A stretch of 64,000 nt of DNA from the human T2T-CHM13v2.0 reference genome, Homo sapiens, in NCBI RefSeq assembly GCF_009914755.1, contig NC_060943.1; one strand, written 5' to 3'. Shown piece by piece: positions 26,991-52,801 of this stretch (positions are counted from its first letter, which is position 1; each line of letters starts with the position of its first letter). The position numbers and the translations under genes were made by a program. Below the pieces are notes generated by a model. The model saw only the letters and a list, made by a program, of their open reading frames with translations, did not search any database and was not told where the DNA came from.

Positions 26991-28228
26991 TAGTAGAGAC
27001 GGGGTTTCACCGTGTTAGCCAGGATGGTCTCGATCTCCTGACCTTGTGATCCACCCGCCTCGGGCTCCCGGAGCTGGGATTACAGGCGTGAGCCACCGTG
27101 CCCGGCCTCATTTGTTTGTTTTGTAGAGATGGTGTCTCATTATGTTACCCAGGTGGGTCTTGAACTCCTAGGGTCAAGTAGTCCTTCCAGTTTGGCCTCC
27201 CACAGTGCTGGGATTATAGGTGTGAGCCACTGCACCTGGCCAAAAATTATCTTTGTAGTATTTAGTTTTCTTTCCTATGGGCTATCATGTGCTGATTTTT
27301 TCTGAACTGTTGGTTGGCTATTCTTCTCTCTTGTCTTTCTCTTATTCTTTATGTCATCCATGTCTCATGTAAATTCCATGTATATCTTTGCAGTGGGACT
27401 GAGAGTTCTCAGTGATCCAGAAGTTGCAGCTAAACCCAGGCTCAGCATGATGGGCCCAGAGGGAGGCCACCTCTGAGGAGTAACACCCTGGAGGAAGACA
27501 TAACATTAGGGATTTAGGAAAGTCATGCTAGAAGCTCTCTGATTTCACAAGTATTTACCTGGCAACATGACGAGCCATATGCTGTTTCTGTCTTCCCCAT
27601 TCTTGAGAGTTTCAGACTTCACCGTTCTATACCCTGTCACTTCTCCTCTGATGCCAGCCCAGGACTAATCTTCACATCTCTGGATCCCACCTGGACCCAT
27701 TTTTCTCACATTTCCATCTGCAGTGGACTCCAATACTGGCATATCAATTTTGTATTAGGAAGTGTGTACACATTGCTAAGCCATACCTGACCAACAGCTG
27801 CTTTGTTGTACTCGTATTTTCTTGTGACACACAAACAAGTGTATCTTTGTTGTACTCGTATTTTCCTGTGACACACAAACAAGTGTATCTAACAGAGGTA
27901 TTACTCCATGGAAATAATTGCAGAAACAGAATGTTGCCTTTAGGTTGAAGATAAGTCTTCTTCATATTACTGGGTTAGAATGATTACAGAATGCAGGGGG
28001 CCACATGATGTGAAGGAGCCAACAATACATGCACTACAGGAAGCAGAGGCAATTCCTTCCTGTGCAAACATCTAAAGGACCTTCATAAAGCATGTGGGTG
28101 CTATATAAAAGGATATGTCTAGGCCCAAGTAAATATAAGTACAACAAAGCAGCTGTTGATCAGGTATGGCTTAGTAATACTTCCCTTCGGAAGTACCTTG
28201 CATTTTACCAGCATTTTATTTCTTTTAG

Positions 28229-29625
28229 GTTGTTGGTATGGAGCAAAAGACGAGACACCTTCTAAGCAGACCCTTTCTATACAACAGGAGTCCCCACTCA
28301 GGACACATTGGACAGGTGTATGTACCAAGAAGGTCCACCTCTGGGGAATGTGTGGCCCTCTCCTGGGAGATATCTTACACCAGGGAACACAACACAATCA
28401 GAAATTGAATGGGTTTGGGGCATATGAAAAAAAATTGGATGACGATGCAAACCATCATCAAGACCAGAAGCAGCACATTGGAGAGAAATCGTACAGAAGC
28501 AATGCCAAGGGAACATCTTTTGTAAAGAACTGTAAATTCCATATGTCACATGAGCCATTTATCTTTCATGAGGTTGGGAAAGACTTTTTGTCCAGCTTGA
28601 GATTACTCCAACAAGAGGACATTCACACTTCAGGGAAGTCAAACTTTGAAACTAAGCATGGGATACCCCTTCAGGGTGGAAAAACTCATTACATCTGTGG
28701 AGAGTCCACAATACCGTTTAGCAACAAACACTCACTTGTCCTTCACCAGAGACTTCTCCCTAGAGAAGGACCTTATGTATGCAGTGATTCTGGGAAATTC
28801 ACTAGCAAAAGTAATAGTTTTAATAATCATCAGGGAGTTCGCACTGGAAAAAGACCTTATCAGTGTGGACAATGTGATGAATCATTTTGGTATAAGGCCC
28901 ACCTCACTGAACACCAGAGAGTTCACACTGGAGAAAGACCTTATGAGTGTGGAGAATGTGATAAATCTTTTAGTCATAAGCACAGTCTTGTTGACCATCA
29001 GCGAGTTCACACTGGAGAAAGACCTTATGAATGTGACGAATGTGGGAAATCTTTTAGCCATAAGCGCAGCCTTGTTCACCACCAGCGAGTTCACACTGGA
29101 GAAAGACCTTATCAGTGTGGAGAATGTGGGAAATCGTTTAATCACAAGTGCAACCTCATTCAGCATCAGCGAGTTCACACTGGAGAAAGACCTTTTGAGT
29201 GTACGGCATGTGGGAAGTTATTTAGGAGCAACTCCCACCTAAAGGAACACCAGAGAGTTCACACTGGAGAAAGACCCTATGAGTGTAAAGAATGTAGGAA
29301 ATCATTTAGGTACAAGTCACACCTCACTGAACACCAGAGAGTTCACACTGGAGAAAGGCCATATGAGTGTAGAGAATGTGGGAAATGTTTTCATCAAAAG
29401 GGCAGTCTCATTCAACATCAGCAGATCCACTCTGGAGAAAGGCCACATGAGTGTGGAGAATGTGGGAAATGTTTTCATCAAAAGGGCAGTCTCATTCGAC
29501 ATCAGCAGATTCACTCTGGAGAAAGGCCACATGAGTGTGGAGAATGTGGAAAGTGTTTTCGTCAAAAGGGAAACCTCATTAAACATCAACGAGTTCACAC
29601 GGGAGAAAGACATCATGAATGTTGA
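28229..29625 (+). CDS. ZNF776: ZNF776 coding exon 3: spacer, 2 degenerate and 9 intact C2H2 fingers
   Basis: TTTCTTTTAG acceptor; CxxC...HxxxH repeats with TGERP/SGERP linkers; TGA 29623-29625; spliced CDS 33+127+1397=1557 nt, 518 aa. Confidence 0.95.
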
Positions 29626-30575
29626 AAATTTGGCAGATCTGTTGGTAAAAAGAGCACCCTCATTCAACATTCGTGAGATCACACTGGAAAGCACTTATGA
29701 GTATGGAGAATGTGCAAAATCATCTAGCCAAAAGGTTGGCCTCATTCAACAATAGCAAGATTACACTGGGGAAAGGCTTTCTGAGTGTAGAGAATGTATG
29801 AAATCCTGTACATAGAAGTTTTGCCTCACCAAATACCAGAAGGGTCACACTGGAGAAAGACCCTATAGTTATGGGGAATTTGGGAAATTACCTAACAAGA
29901 AGTCCCACCTCACTGAACACTACTGAGTTCACAGTTGAGAAAGGCCATATGACTGTAAGGAATTTGTAAAATTATTTAGCCAGAAGAGCTGCATTACTAT
30001 TCATCAGATAATTTACAATGGAGAAAGGCCACATAATAATTTCTCACATAATAAATGTGAGAAATCATTTCCGTACAGCTCTGCGCTCCATGTTCGTAAG
30101 AGTTCACACTGGACAAAGCCTTATGAGAGCAGCGAGTAGAAAATCCTTTGTGGGAAAACTCTGGTTTCATTAAACACAGGAGAGTTCATGCTAGAGAAAG
30201 GCCTCAACAGTGTAGCAAATATGGAAAGACATTCACTAGAAGCTCTGCCCTGCAAGTTCACACTAGAGAAAGCCCTTCTCAGTGAAGTAAATTTGGAAAA
30301 TTGATTAGTCAAACCTCTATGCTCCTTCAAAATCAGAGTTCACACTGGATCAAGGCTTTATGGTGTGACAAATATGGCACATTCTTTATCTAAATGTCTA
30401 ACATATTATGCACAGACAAGCTCCTGCTGTGGAAGTGCCTTTTGAGTGCAGAGCATTTGCGAGGGCTTCACTCTTCTTTCACTGGATACCAGAATGTTGA
30501 CAGGAGAAAAATAACATAGATGTGTGGGAATATTACTTCTTGTCCAGTGTAACTGTGGGAGAGAGCCCTTATGAG
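29626..30575 (+). other. ZNF776: Decayed zinc-finger repeats (about 11) in the ZNF776 3' UTR
   Basis: ~84-bp periodic CACACTGGAGAAAG.CC.TATGA motifs continue past the stop with stops and frameshifts. Confidence 0.85.
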
Positions 30576-30896
30576 GACACCATCAACCTATATTGAATGT
30601 CATATGTCCAGTAGCTGCATAAATTCCAGGTATATGGGAGCTGTATTGCATTTCTTATCCTGCGTATGTCCTTGCCAGATTTATTTCATTCTTAGGTCTC
30701 TGGCAAAAGCCATTTCATCTCTACCACTTGGCAGGTACCTACAGTGCATCACTCATGCACTCCATCATATTCCAGAAAAAAAGTTCAAGTTGTCTCCCAT
30801 TCAGCAGTGGTATTTTTGAGTAGCCTCTGCACTCGTTCCTTTCTCATTTCTCTATGAAGAGTTAGGCCATGGACCTGACTCAGTTCTGGCCTAGAG

Positions 30897-31118
30897 CAGA
30901 AGTGTCCAATCTTTTGGCTTTCCTGGTCCACATTGGAAGAAGAATTGTCTTGTGCCGCATATGAAATACATTAACACTAATGATAGCTGATGAACTTTTT
31001 TAAAAATCACACAAAAACCCTCATAATGTTTTAAGAAAGTTTACAAATTTGTGTTGGGCTGCATTCAAAGCTGTCCTGAGATACATGCGGCCCACAAGCT
31101 GCGGGTTGGACCAGCTTG
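30897..31118 (+). mobile_element. MER30 (hAT-Charlie non-autonomous DNA transposon)
   Basis: GTGTCCAATCTTTTGGC...GGGTTGGACCAGCTTG with perfect 8-bp TSD GCCTAGAG (30889-30896, 31119-31126). Confidence 0.88.
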
Positions 31119-31794
31119 GCCTAGAGAATTTTTCTGATTACTTGACAAGATGGGCTGTCTTTCCTAGGAATCTCATGATTGTCATGATTCTTAAAATGGA
31201 ATTTTCCAGCCTCTAACTCACCAACCCAAGTACAAGCTGCCTCTCATTGTTCTGGTTTCTGCTATGATGAAGTCCTTATTTAAGCTTCCTTCAATCTTGG
31301 GAATTGTATTGACTGTATTGTGTGAATTGTATACTCACTGCATTGTGTGGCTTAGATACAACATGGTTCTGGTACCATGAAGGATTCTGGTACCATGAAA
31401 GTTTGTTGGGGTTACTAAACTGTGTGACTCTTAGGGAACAGTATGAAGGCAGAATATAGCTCTGCATTTGTGGCCTAGTTTGGATGGCTGCCTAAGGCCT
31501 CCAAATAAAGACTTCAGGGCTTTGTGATCTTTATTTTTAGATGAAATAGTGCAATAATATGTGTTTTCATAAATCAACCTGAGTAGGGGACAGTTTTAGT
31601 GACACACTTTGGTGCTTCTGAGAACAGCACAAAATTATTCTCTTGTTTATAATGGATATTGCATTCTGCTCAGTACTGGTGAGGGAAATCTGTTCTCAAG
31701 TCCTACAGTGCATTCATGTGTCCTGAAGTCCAGAATTCTGTAGGATAGTGTCCTACGTTATAAGCCTGGAGAAAGAAATCATAATTCTTTAATT

Positions 31795-32712
31795 TTTATT
31801 TTTTTAGGGAAATGATGTCACTCTGAAACTCAGGCTGGAATACACTGGCATGGTCATACCTCACTGCGGCCTCAAACTCCTGGGCTCAAGTGATCCTCCT
31901 GCCTCAGCCTCCCGAGTACCTGAGATTAGCCCAGGTAATTTAAGAATTTTTTATAGAGATAGGGTTTTGCTATTTTACCCTGACTGATGTTCAACTCCTG
32001 GCCTCAAGTAATCCTCTAGCATACGCCCTTGAAAGCACTAGGATTACAGGTGTGAGCCACCATGCCCAGCCCAAAAATAATTTTTGTAGAATTAGCATTT
32101 CTAGGTAGTGAAGCAGACTGCAACAGAATAGTTGGGATATACTTTTTTTAAAAAGGCATCCACAATGATTCAGTCACTATGTCTGTGATGGACAAGCAGG
32201 TACAGAAATTTTCAGGACCTCCATAATTATGAATCTAGTGTAGCTTAGGTCATTGTCAGACTAAATCTAAAGGTTTTGTGGATTTCTGTAGCCTATCTGG
32301 GCTGCATACCAAAAAGCCATCCCTGAATTAGTAGGAGGAAGAGGATAGGGAGAAAGGAAATCTCTTAGTCCAGTGATGTGGCCTTTGCAACCAGCCAGCA
32401 TTCCAATTTAATCAGGTGGAAATGATCTTCCTGGCTCATAAGTATTTGGTATCACACAGGCTAATTGCCCCCCTTAGGGCGTGATGAGAGTTAGGAGAGT
32501 CAATGTAAAATCACATAACCTATTTGTCAAAAATAATGTTAAATCCAGATAGTTCTTTCAAATTAAATTTTTAAAGCTGTAATAAGACTGGGCATGGTGA
32601 CTCATGCCTGTTATCCCAACACTTTGGGAGTCCAGGGTGGGAGTATTGCTTGAGGTAAGAAGTTTGAGACTAGCCTGGGTCCCATAGTAAGACCCTGTCT
32701 CTTAAAAAATAA
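31795..32712. mobile_element. Antisense AluJ-like element (31795-32072) and sense FLAM-like monomer (32588-32712)
   Basis: Diverged Alu motifs in opposite orientations. Confidence 0.8.
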
Positions 32713-33061
32713 ATACTATCTTTCTCTCTGGCCTCTCCATCCTCCAGACAATCACTGAATTACAATATTTGCTTAACAGTAGATTAATGTCAATTTTCTG
32801 GAATTTTATATGACTGATATAACATGTTTCCTCTTTTCATACCTGAGTACTCTCCTGAGCCCTATTTATTTAGATGTTCTTCTTTTTTCTTTATTATTAT
32901 TTTTATTTCACATAGCAGGGATGCATATTTTGACATTCATCAATCATGATATATGAGTAGTTCATTCTTTTTATCTTAGAATATGACATGCTATGGAAAT
33001 CACTGTATACGAATTCATCTGCTTATGGATATGTTATTGCTTCTTATTTTTGTCTGTTAGG

Positions 33062-33067
33062 AATAAA
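33062..33067 (+). terminator. ZNF776: Candidate distal poly(A) signal of ZNF776 (proximal alternative AATAAA at 31504-31509)
   Basis: AATAAA followed by T/GT-rich sequence; usage inferred. Confidence 0.5.
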
Positions 33068-33179
33068 ACTGCTTGTTAAGCACATTTGAATGCAATTCTT
33101 CATATAGATAAGGTTTCATTTCTCTTGTTTGAATGCCTTGGTGTGCAGTGCCCAACTCACATGGTAGATGAATGTATAC

Positions 33180-37295
<4,116 letters not shown>

Positions 37296-37329
37296 TTTTT
37301 TTTTTCTTTTTTTTGAGACAAAGTCCCAC

Positions 37330-42874
<5,545 letters not shown>

Positions 42875-43257
42875 GAGGTGGAGATTTCCCAGAACTGAGG
42901 TTCCCTCCCCTTTTTAGACTATATAGGGTAACTTCCAAACATTGCCAGGGCATTGGTATACTGTCATGGCGCTGGCGGGAGTTAGTATGCTAATGCATTA
43001 TAATTAGCGTATAATGAGCAGTGAGGATGACCACAGGTCACTTTCATCACCATCTTGGTTTTGGTGCGTTTTAGCCAGCTTCTTTACTGCATCCTGTTTT
43101 ATCAGCAGGGTCTTTGTGACCTGCATCTTGTGCCAACCTCCTATCTCATCCTGTGACTAAGAATGCCTAACCTGGGAATGCAGCCGAGTATTTCTCAGCC
43201 TTACTTTATCCAGCCCATTTTCAAGATGGAGTCACTCTGATTCCAATGCCACTGACA
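42875..43257 (-). mobile_element. MER41B LTR, 5' portion (3' end lost)
   Basis: Minus strand TGTCAGTGGCATTGGAATCAGAGTGACTCCATCTTG...AAAACCAAGATGG...GGAGGGAACCTCAGTTCTGGGAA matches MER41B as I recall it. Confidence 0.85.
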
Positions 43258-43338
43258 ATGATAAGCACTTGCCAGCAAAGAGGTGAACGCATGGATTTAA
43301 GGCACTTGAAATATCTCAGTGTAAAAGCACCCTGTGCA

Positions 43339-43797
43339 TGTAGCAGGACGAGCCGCAGACAAAACCTCTCAGACACCGAGTTGCAGAAGGAAGGGCTTTA
43401 TTCAGCTGGGAGCATTGGCCAGCTACTGTCTCAAAATCTGAGCTCCCGGAGTGCACAATTTCTGTCCCTTTTAAGGGCTCACAACACTAAAGATTTCACA
43501 TGAAAGGGTCGTGATTGATTTGAGCAAGCAAGGGGTATGTGACAGGGGCTGCATGCACCGGTGGTCAGGGAGGAACAGAACAGGGCAGGGAGTTTCACAA
43601 TGTTCTTCTATACAATCTAAGGAATCTATGAATAACATCGGCTTCTAAATCATAAGTTGATTTTTAACTACTGGGTTTAGGCCAGGCGGGCCTAGGCCTG
43701 GTTTCGGGCCTGGCGCGGGGTTGCCTGTCTTTGGTTTTACTTCCTTGTTGTTTTTACTGAATATAAAACAATGTGAGAGGGTCTCTCTCTTCTCTCA
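43339..43797 (-). mobile_element. Solo ERV1 LTR (LTR15-like)
   Basis: Minus strand TGAGAGAAGAGAGAGACCC...GTCTGCGGCTCGTCCTGCTACA; perfect 4-bp TSD TGCA (43335-43338, 43798-43801); AATAAA on minus strand near 43400. Confidence 0.8.
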
Positions 43798-43884
43798 TGC
43801 ATACATACTCCATGTTTGAACACCGCAGTCATTGTCCTGTAACATAATAGCATTTGTCTCATTAGCTTTTTGATGTTGATATCA

Positions 43885-44246
<362 letters not shown>

Positions 44247-44459
44247 GAAGAAGCCGAGCATCACAAATTCTGAAATAAGAAGTCTCCAAACACGCGGGCA
44301 ATCAGTTGCACACAGTACCCCCAGAAATGTGCGTATGGCCTCTTCTAAGATGGGAGACCCTCCTCCGCATCTGGACCTGGAGTCGCCATTTCCTAGCGCC
44401 CCTCGCAGTGGAGCTTGCCCCTTTCTTCGGAAAGTCGGAAGAAAGCCACCTTAAGCGCT

Positions 44460-45298
<839 letters not shown>

Positions 45299-45919
45299 TG
45301 ATCCGCCCACCTCGGCCTCCCAAAGTGCTGGGAATACAGGCGTGAGCCACCGCGCCTGGCCGAGGCGGAGTTGTTTCTTCAGTACCAGGCTGAGGGTTGA
45401 ACTTTGACTGTGAGGACGCTAAAAGCCATGGACAGTTTTGAACAAAGGAGGAAATCTGTGTTAGAGTTGCGATTCCCAAAAGATGTTCGAAGGAAGAACA
45501 GAGTTGAAGGCAGTGATGAGGACATTGAGAGGTTGAATCATTGAGAGGTGACATTGAGCACTGGGCCACAAGATTAGAGACTCAGTCTGAAGTCATCTGG
45601 CTGCAGGGCCAAAAAAAGCTTACAGAGAAGCCTGAGTCTATCAAATCCGAGCACAGACACATTTGTGAAAGCCCTGCCTTTTGGCACACCTCATGGCTAC
45701 AGAAGCACTTACAGAATCCACAGTAGGAAGTAGGGGATGCTCTAGTCCTTCACTGGTCCTCATCCTATCCCACATGTCTAGATCTTGGCATCTTTTTTTT
45801 TTTTCGGCGACGGGTTCTCACTCAACACCCAGGCTGGGTTGCGGTGACGCGATCACGGCGCAGCACGGCCTCGACCTCTCCGGGCTCAGGAGAGCCTCTC
45901 ATCTCAGTCTCCCGAGTAA

Positions 45920-46033
<114 letters not shown>

Positions 46034-46050
46034 TGAGACCATCCTGGCTA

Positions 46051-46362
<312 letters not shown>

Positions 46363-46751
46363 CTACCGCACCTCCTAGGACACTTAAGTGCCATTTCTCC
46401 GGTCCTTCAATCTGGGGATCTTGGAAAAACCTCAAACCCCAAACGTACATCAGTGACATAGGTTATGGGGAGTTGTTGCTATGTCTGTCAACTAATGTAA
46501 CACATGTGGAGGGTTCACCCAGGAACTGATACTGGGGTGTGCAAATACTTACTTAGAAGTGAAACTAGAGGGGTGAGGTGATGTTACCAATTTCTTAATA
46601 GGCGCTGTCTGGTTACTGAGTGGGCAACAGACTGTGGGGTTGAGGGAGGAGGAAGATCAAACTGGAAGCTACTGCCCTAGTCGAGGTGAGGATTAATGGA
46701 CTAGAGTTGTGGCTTAGGCAATGTGGCTAGATCTGGATTTGTGTTTTTTAG

Positions 46752-47037
<286 letters not shown>

Positions 47038-47228
47038 TGAGCCACCGTGCCCAGCCTGGCAACTCAATTTTTAAATGTGAACAGTGAGAGCTTGAGAGGA
47101 TTCAGGAAACACCCCTGGGTTTTTTATCTTAGCAGCTGTAGCAATGGGAGCTGCATCAACTGAGATGAGCAAGTTGATAGCAGGTGTAATATTCACTGAG
47201 GCTATCAGGAGGTTTGTTTTGGCCATTC

Positions 47229-48017
47229 TGCGTGGAAAAAAATACAAATTGCTTTTGCTCTGCTCTCCCCCACAACAATCAACACAGAGTACTTCTGTGA
47301 CTAGATAATGTGTGGATGGTTTTCCTCATACACCAAGTAGTTCTGCAGTGGACATCAGATCCCACAGGGTGAAGTCTCAGTCCCACGGGACTGTCCGCCA
47401 ACCCCTTTCGATGCCAATCACAAGCCCCAGGATGTTTTTTTTTTTTTTACCTGTCCTTTGACTGACTTGATAAAAATCAGGTTCCCATGACCCCTTCCTC
47501 GGCTTCCATTAAATTGCTAGAGCCAGTCACAGAACCTCAGGAGATGCTTTAATTTGCCAGTTTATTTTAAAGAGTATTTATTACAAAGGTTACAGATGAA
47601 GAGATGCATAAGGGGAAGCGACCCAGAGCTTTTATGATCTTCAGGCACACCACCATCCAGGAACTTCCATGTGTTTGGCTATTTGGAAGCTCCCCAGACC
47701 CTGTCTTTATGGGGTTTTATGGAGGCTTTATTACATAGGCATGATTAATTAAATCATTGGCCAATGCTGATCAGCTTAACCTTTGGCCCCCTCTCCCCTT
47801 TCTGGAGATTGGGGTATGGGGCTGAAATTTCCAGACCTCGAATCCTGACATAGTCTCTTTTCCCTGACCGGTCTCCATTCTGAAGTTATCTAGGGGTTTC
47901 CAACCATCAGTCAACTCATTGCCATTCAAAGTCACTTATAAATTTGAGAATTTCATGAATTTTAGGAGTTGCATGCCAGAAAAGGAGATGACCAAATATA
48001 TATTTCACAATATCACA
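47229..48017 (-). mobile_element. MER21-family LTR in ZNF586 intron 1
   Basis: Minus strand begins TGTGATATTGTGAAATATATATTTGGTC; absent at the homologous ZNF776 site (~23335). Confidence 0.7.
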
Positions 48018-48277
48018 CCCATATTAAGATTCTGAAATGTATTAGATACTACTTAGTGGAGCTATTAAATGGGCAGCTGGACACATAGATGCAAATATCT
48101 GGGGAAGCGTTGATATTGGAGGTATCTAATATATGGTAACTACTGTGTGGACTGAAATGATTGAGTCATGGCTCACATTTGGAAGGCACAACCTTCAGAT
48201 TATGTTGATGACACTGTTGGACAGGAAGTAGAGTTTGGGTTTCCTGCTTGTGTACCTGGTGATGGTATTGGATTTGA

Positions 48278-48544
<267 letters not shown>

Positions 48545-48862
48545 TAGGCTGGAAAGGGAGGATACATCTGACAGACTAGTTTGGCAAGTGACATAATGCT
48601 TCCAAGAAATGAATAGACTTGAGATGCATGCTGACGCATAGGAGTAGCTGAGGGAAGATGACACTCAGGCTGGAGCTTGTGTTTATTGGCCACTTTGTGG
48701 CCTCACCAAGATTTTGAGATGACTTTAGTGTGGCCTGGGGTGTTTGATTCAGCCTGGTGGATGTGGAGGCAAATATGGTCACCTTGTGAGAGTCACTATG
48801 CATGAGATTGATGACCAGTGGTTCTGGGCTTTGAATGGGGTTAGGTGGACAGAAGAAAGTCA

Positions 48863-49625
<763 letters not shown>

Positions 49626-50656
49626 CTACCATTGCTATTGAGAAACATTGGAATTCTGTGGTAATTTTGGATTCCTTTTTAATTTACCAAGACTACTGTG
49701 GATGATGTCAGCCACATTATGGTGTAAGCCCTAAAGTTAAGGTCAGTATCATGTGCTACCTTCATGTCTGGTGATACCAGTACTACCTCACATGGTCTGA
49801 GTGCAAATCTCCCTCCCCACTCTGCTCTTTGGGATAATGTGTCCTAGCTTAACTACCCTTTTAATCAAGAGGACTAGACAGAGTTCCTGGTTATTATTTA
49901 TTTGTAGCAGGTTTCAGTTTCTTTCTTTTTTTTTTTTTGAGACGGAGTCTCGCTCTGTCGCCCAGGCTGGAGTACAGTGGCAGATCTCATCTCACTGCAA
50001 GCTCCGCCTCCTGGGTTCATGATTCTCCCGCCTCAGCCTCCTGAGTACCTGGGACTACAGGCACCCGCCACCACGCCCGGCTAATTTTTGTATTTTTAGT
50101 AGAGACGGGGTTTCACAATGTTAGCCAGGATGGTCTCGATCTCCTGACCTCGTGATCTGCCCACCTCGGCCTCCCAAAGTGCAGGGATTATAGGCGTGGG
50201 CGTGAGCCACCGCACCCAATGCAGGTTTCAATTTCATTTCTACCCACAGAGTTACTCAAGCCAGTTGCAGCTGGGTGTGGTATCGCACACCTGTGGTCCC
50301 AGCTACTCAGGAGGCTGAGATGGGAGGATTGCTGGAACCCAGGAAGTTCAGGCTGCAGTGAGCTGTGATTGTGCCACTATGCTCCAGCAGGAGTGACAGA
50401 ACAAGACCCTGTCTCAAAAATTAAAAATAAAAACAAGCCAGTTGCATTCTTTTATGGGAATCAGGGACTATCACACCCTCTTGATTGAGCAAAGCTTACA
50501 TACCACAATCCCTGGTTGCTCTTTTTTTTTTTTTTTTTTTTTTGAGACAGGGTCTTGCTCCGTTGCCCAGGCTAGAGTGCAGTGGTGCCATCTAGGCTCA
50601 CTGCAACCTCCATCTCCTGGGTTCAAATGATTCTCCTGTCTCAGGCTCCTGAGTAG

Positions 50657-50761
<105 letters not shown>

Positions 50762-51462
50762 TGATCCACCCGCCTCGGCGTCCCAAATTACTGGGATTAC
50801 AGGCGTGCGCCACCGCGCCCGGCCACTCTCTCTTATGCATAGTGCAACCCCCATGTGGCTCTCTGTGGTGAGTGGTGTCCTCTTCTCTCAAGCGCTGAGC
50901 ATATTTGATTAATGAACTTTCGTGATGACTTGTGTTCAGCGTCAGGTGTTGTGTTTGGCCATCATCATAACCCTAGGGTGAAACTCCTACTCTTTACCAG
51001 TAGAAGAAAGGGGGATTAAAATACTGTAACTTCTGGCAAGACCAGAGAGAGGCCTATAGTGTGGGCAGTTAGGTGGTGGTGGCAATTGGCATGTGTCTGT
51101 GGTGTCCAAAGATGGGAAGGATGTGTACGTACATAAGGATTATGTTTGAAAGGCCTCAGGCACTGCACTGGGATTCATGTGACCTTTGCTGTACCAGGGG
51201 AATTGCTAGAAAGGAGAGGATGGAACCCTTTATTTCAGGACCACAGCATAGATACCTGTGTGCTTATCTGCCTCTTGTTGCTGACGGCTATGTGTCATGA
51301 TTAATGGTCCCATGAGGACACAGTGGCACTAGTGGGCAAAATTTCTCCTCTGAGTTGGGGATCCTGGGAGGAGGAGGATGGGCAAGGGTAGATATGTTGG
51401 GGAAGTGGACTGTGGGTCTTCAGCATAGGGGCCATTTGTGGTTTCATCTATCCCCATCATAA

Positions 51463-51624
<162 letters not shown>

Positions 51625-52696
51625 TAGTCTGTGCCCCTCACCTTTATGCCTTATCTCTTTCTCACACCAGGACCATGGACACAGCTTCATTCTCCAGTTC
51701 TCTGGAGAGGTTCTGTTGTTGGTTGGACTGAGGTGTACGTACTGCCCTGTCCTTTCCTTGAGCAGCCCCAACCTGCTTTGTTGCAGGCTTCCAGGGAAGG
51801 AGTCAGGGTCAGGAGTCTTAAAGTCACCCTAATGCCTCCCACCTTGGTTGTCCTCTGCCTGTCTGGGTGACTGTGCAGATCCAAGGCTTCTGTTTGTCTC
51901 AAGTTCCGTTTCCCTCCTTTAGTTCACATTTGTTCATGCTACGAATTGTCGTCACTGATGTGGTCATTATGTACATGAACCACAGCCTATTCTTGCAATA
52001 CCCTACTTCAAAATTCTTTTTGTAGTATTTCATCAGGCACAATAACACCTGTCATCCCAGCTCTTCAGAGGCTACTCGGAGCCCAGGAGTTTGAGGCCAG
52101 CCTGGCCAACATAGCAGGTCCTCATCTCTAAAAATATATAGGAAGGAATTCTTTTTGTAATATTTAGTTTCTTTTCCTGTGGAATATCAAATGCAGAGTT
52201 GTTCTGAGCCAGCATTGGCTGTTCGTCTGTCCTATTTTTCCCTTAGTACTTACATTATCGAGTTTCCATGTAGTTGCTCATCTTGGTGGTGAAATGAAGA
52301 GCCCGTGGTTGTCCCTAAGATGTAAATGAGTCCAGCCTTAGCAAGGACTTGGGGCAGCTTGGTTCTGAAGAATAGCATGTGAGTAAGGTCATGACATCAG
52401 GGCTCTATTCAAATTATGCCATAGACCTCTTCTATTTGACTAGTATTTTCATGCCAATAGAAGTAGCCCCACTTTATGTCTTTCCTTCCCCATTCTTGAG
52501 AGTGCCAGTTTATTAGTCCTACACCTTGTTGCTTCTGCTGTTACATCCAGCCCAGGACTAATTTTCATATATCTGGACTCCACGTCTCACCTATTTTTCT
52601 CACGGCTCTGTCTGCAGTGGTCTTCAATATTGGCTCATGTATTTTGTATTACGAAGTATATACCCATTCTTTTTTTTTTTTTTTTTTTTTTTTTGA

Positions 52697-52801
<105 letters not shown>

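Noticed and set aside
28646-29755. Alternative-frame and antisense ORFs over the ZNF776 fingers
   Set aside because: Expected from finger codon structure; unlike ZNF586, no splice route reaches this frame before a stop
28860-30400. 84-bp periodic repeats that could be mistaken for a CRISPR-like array
   Set aside because: The period is the 28-codon C2H2 finger and linker; eukaryotic context with no cas genes
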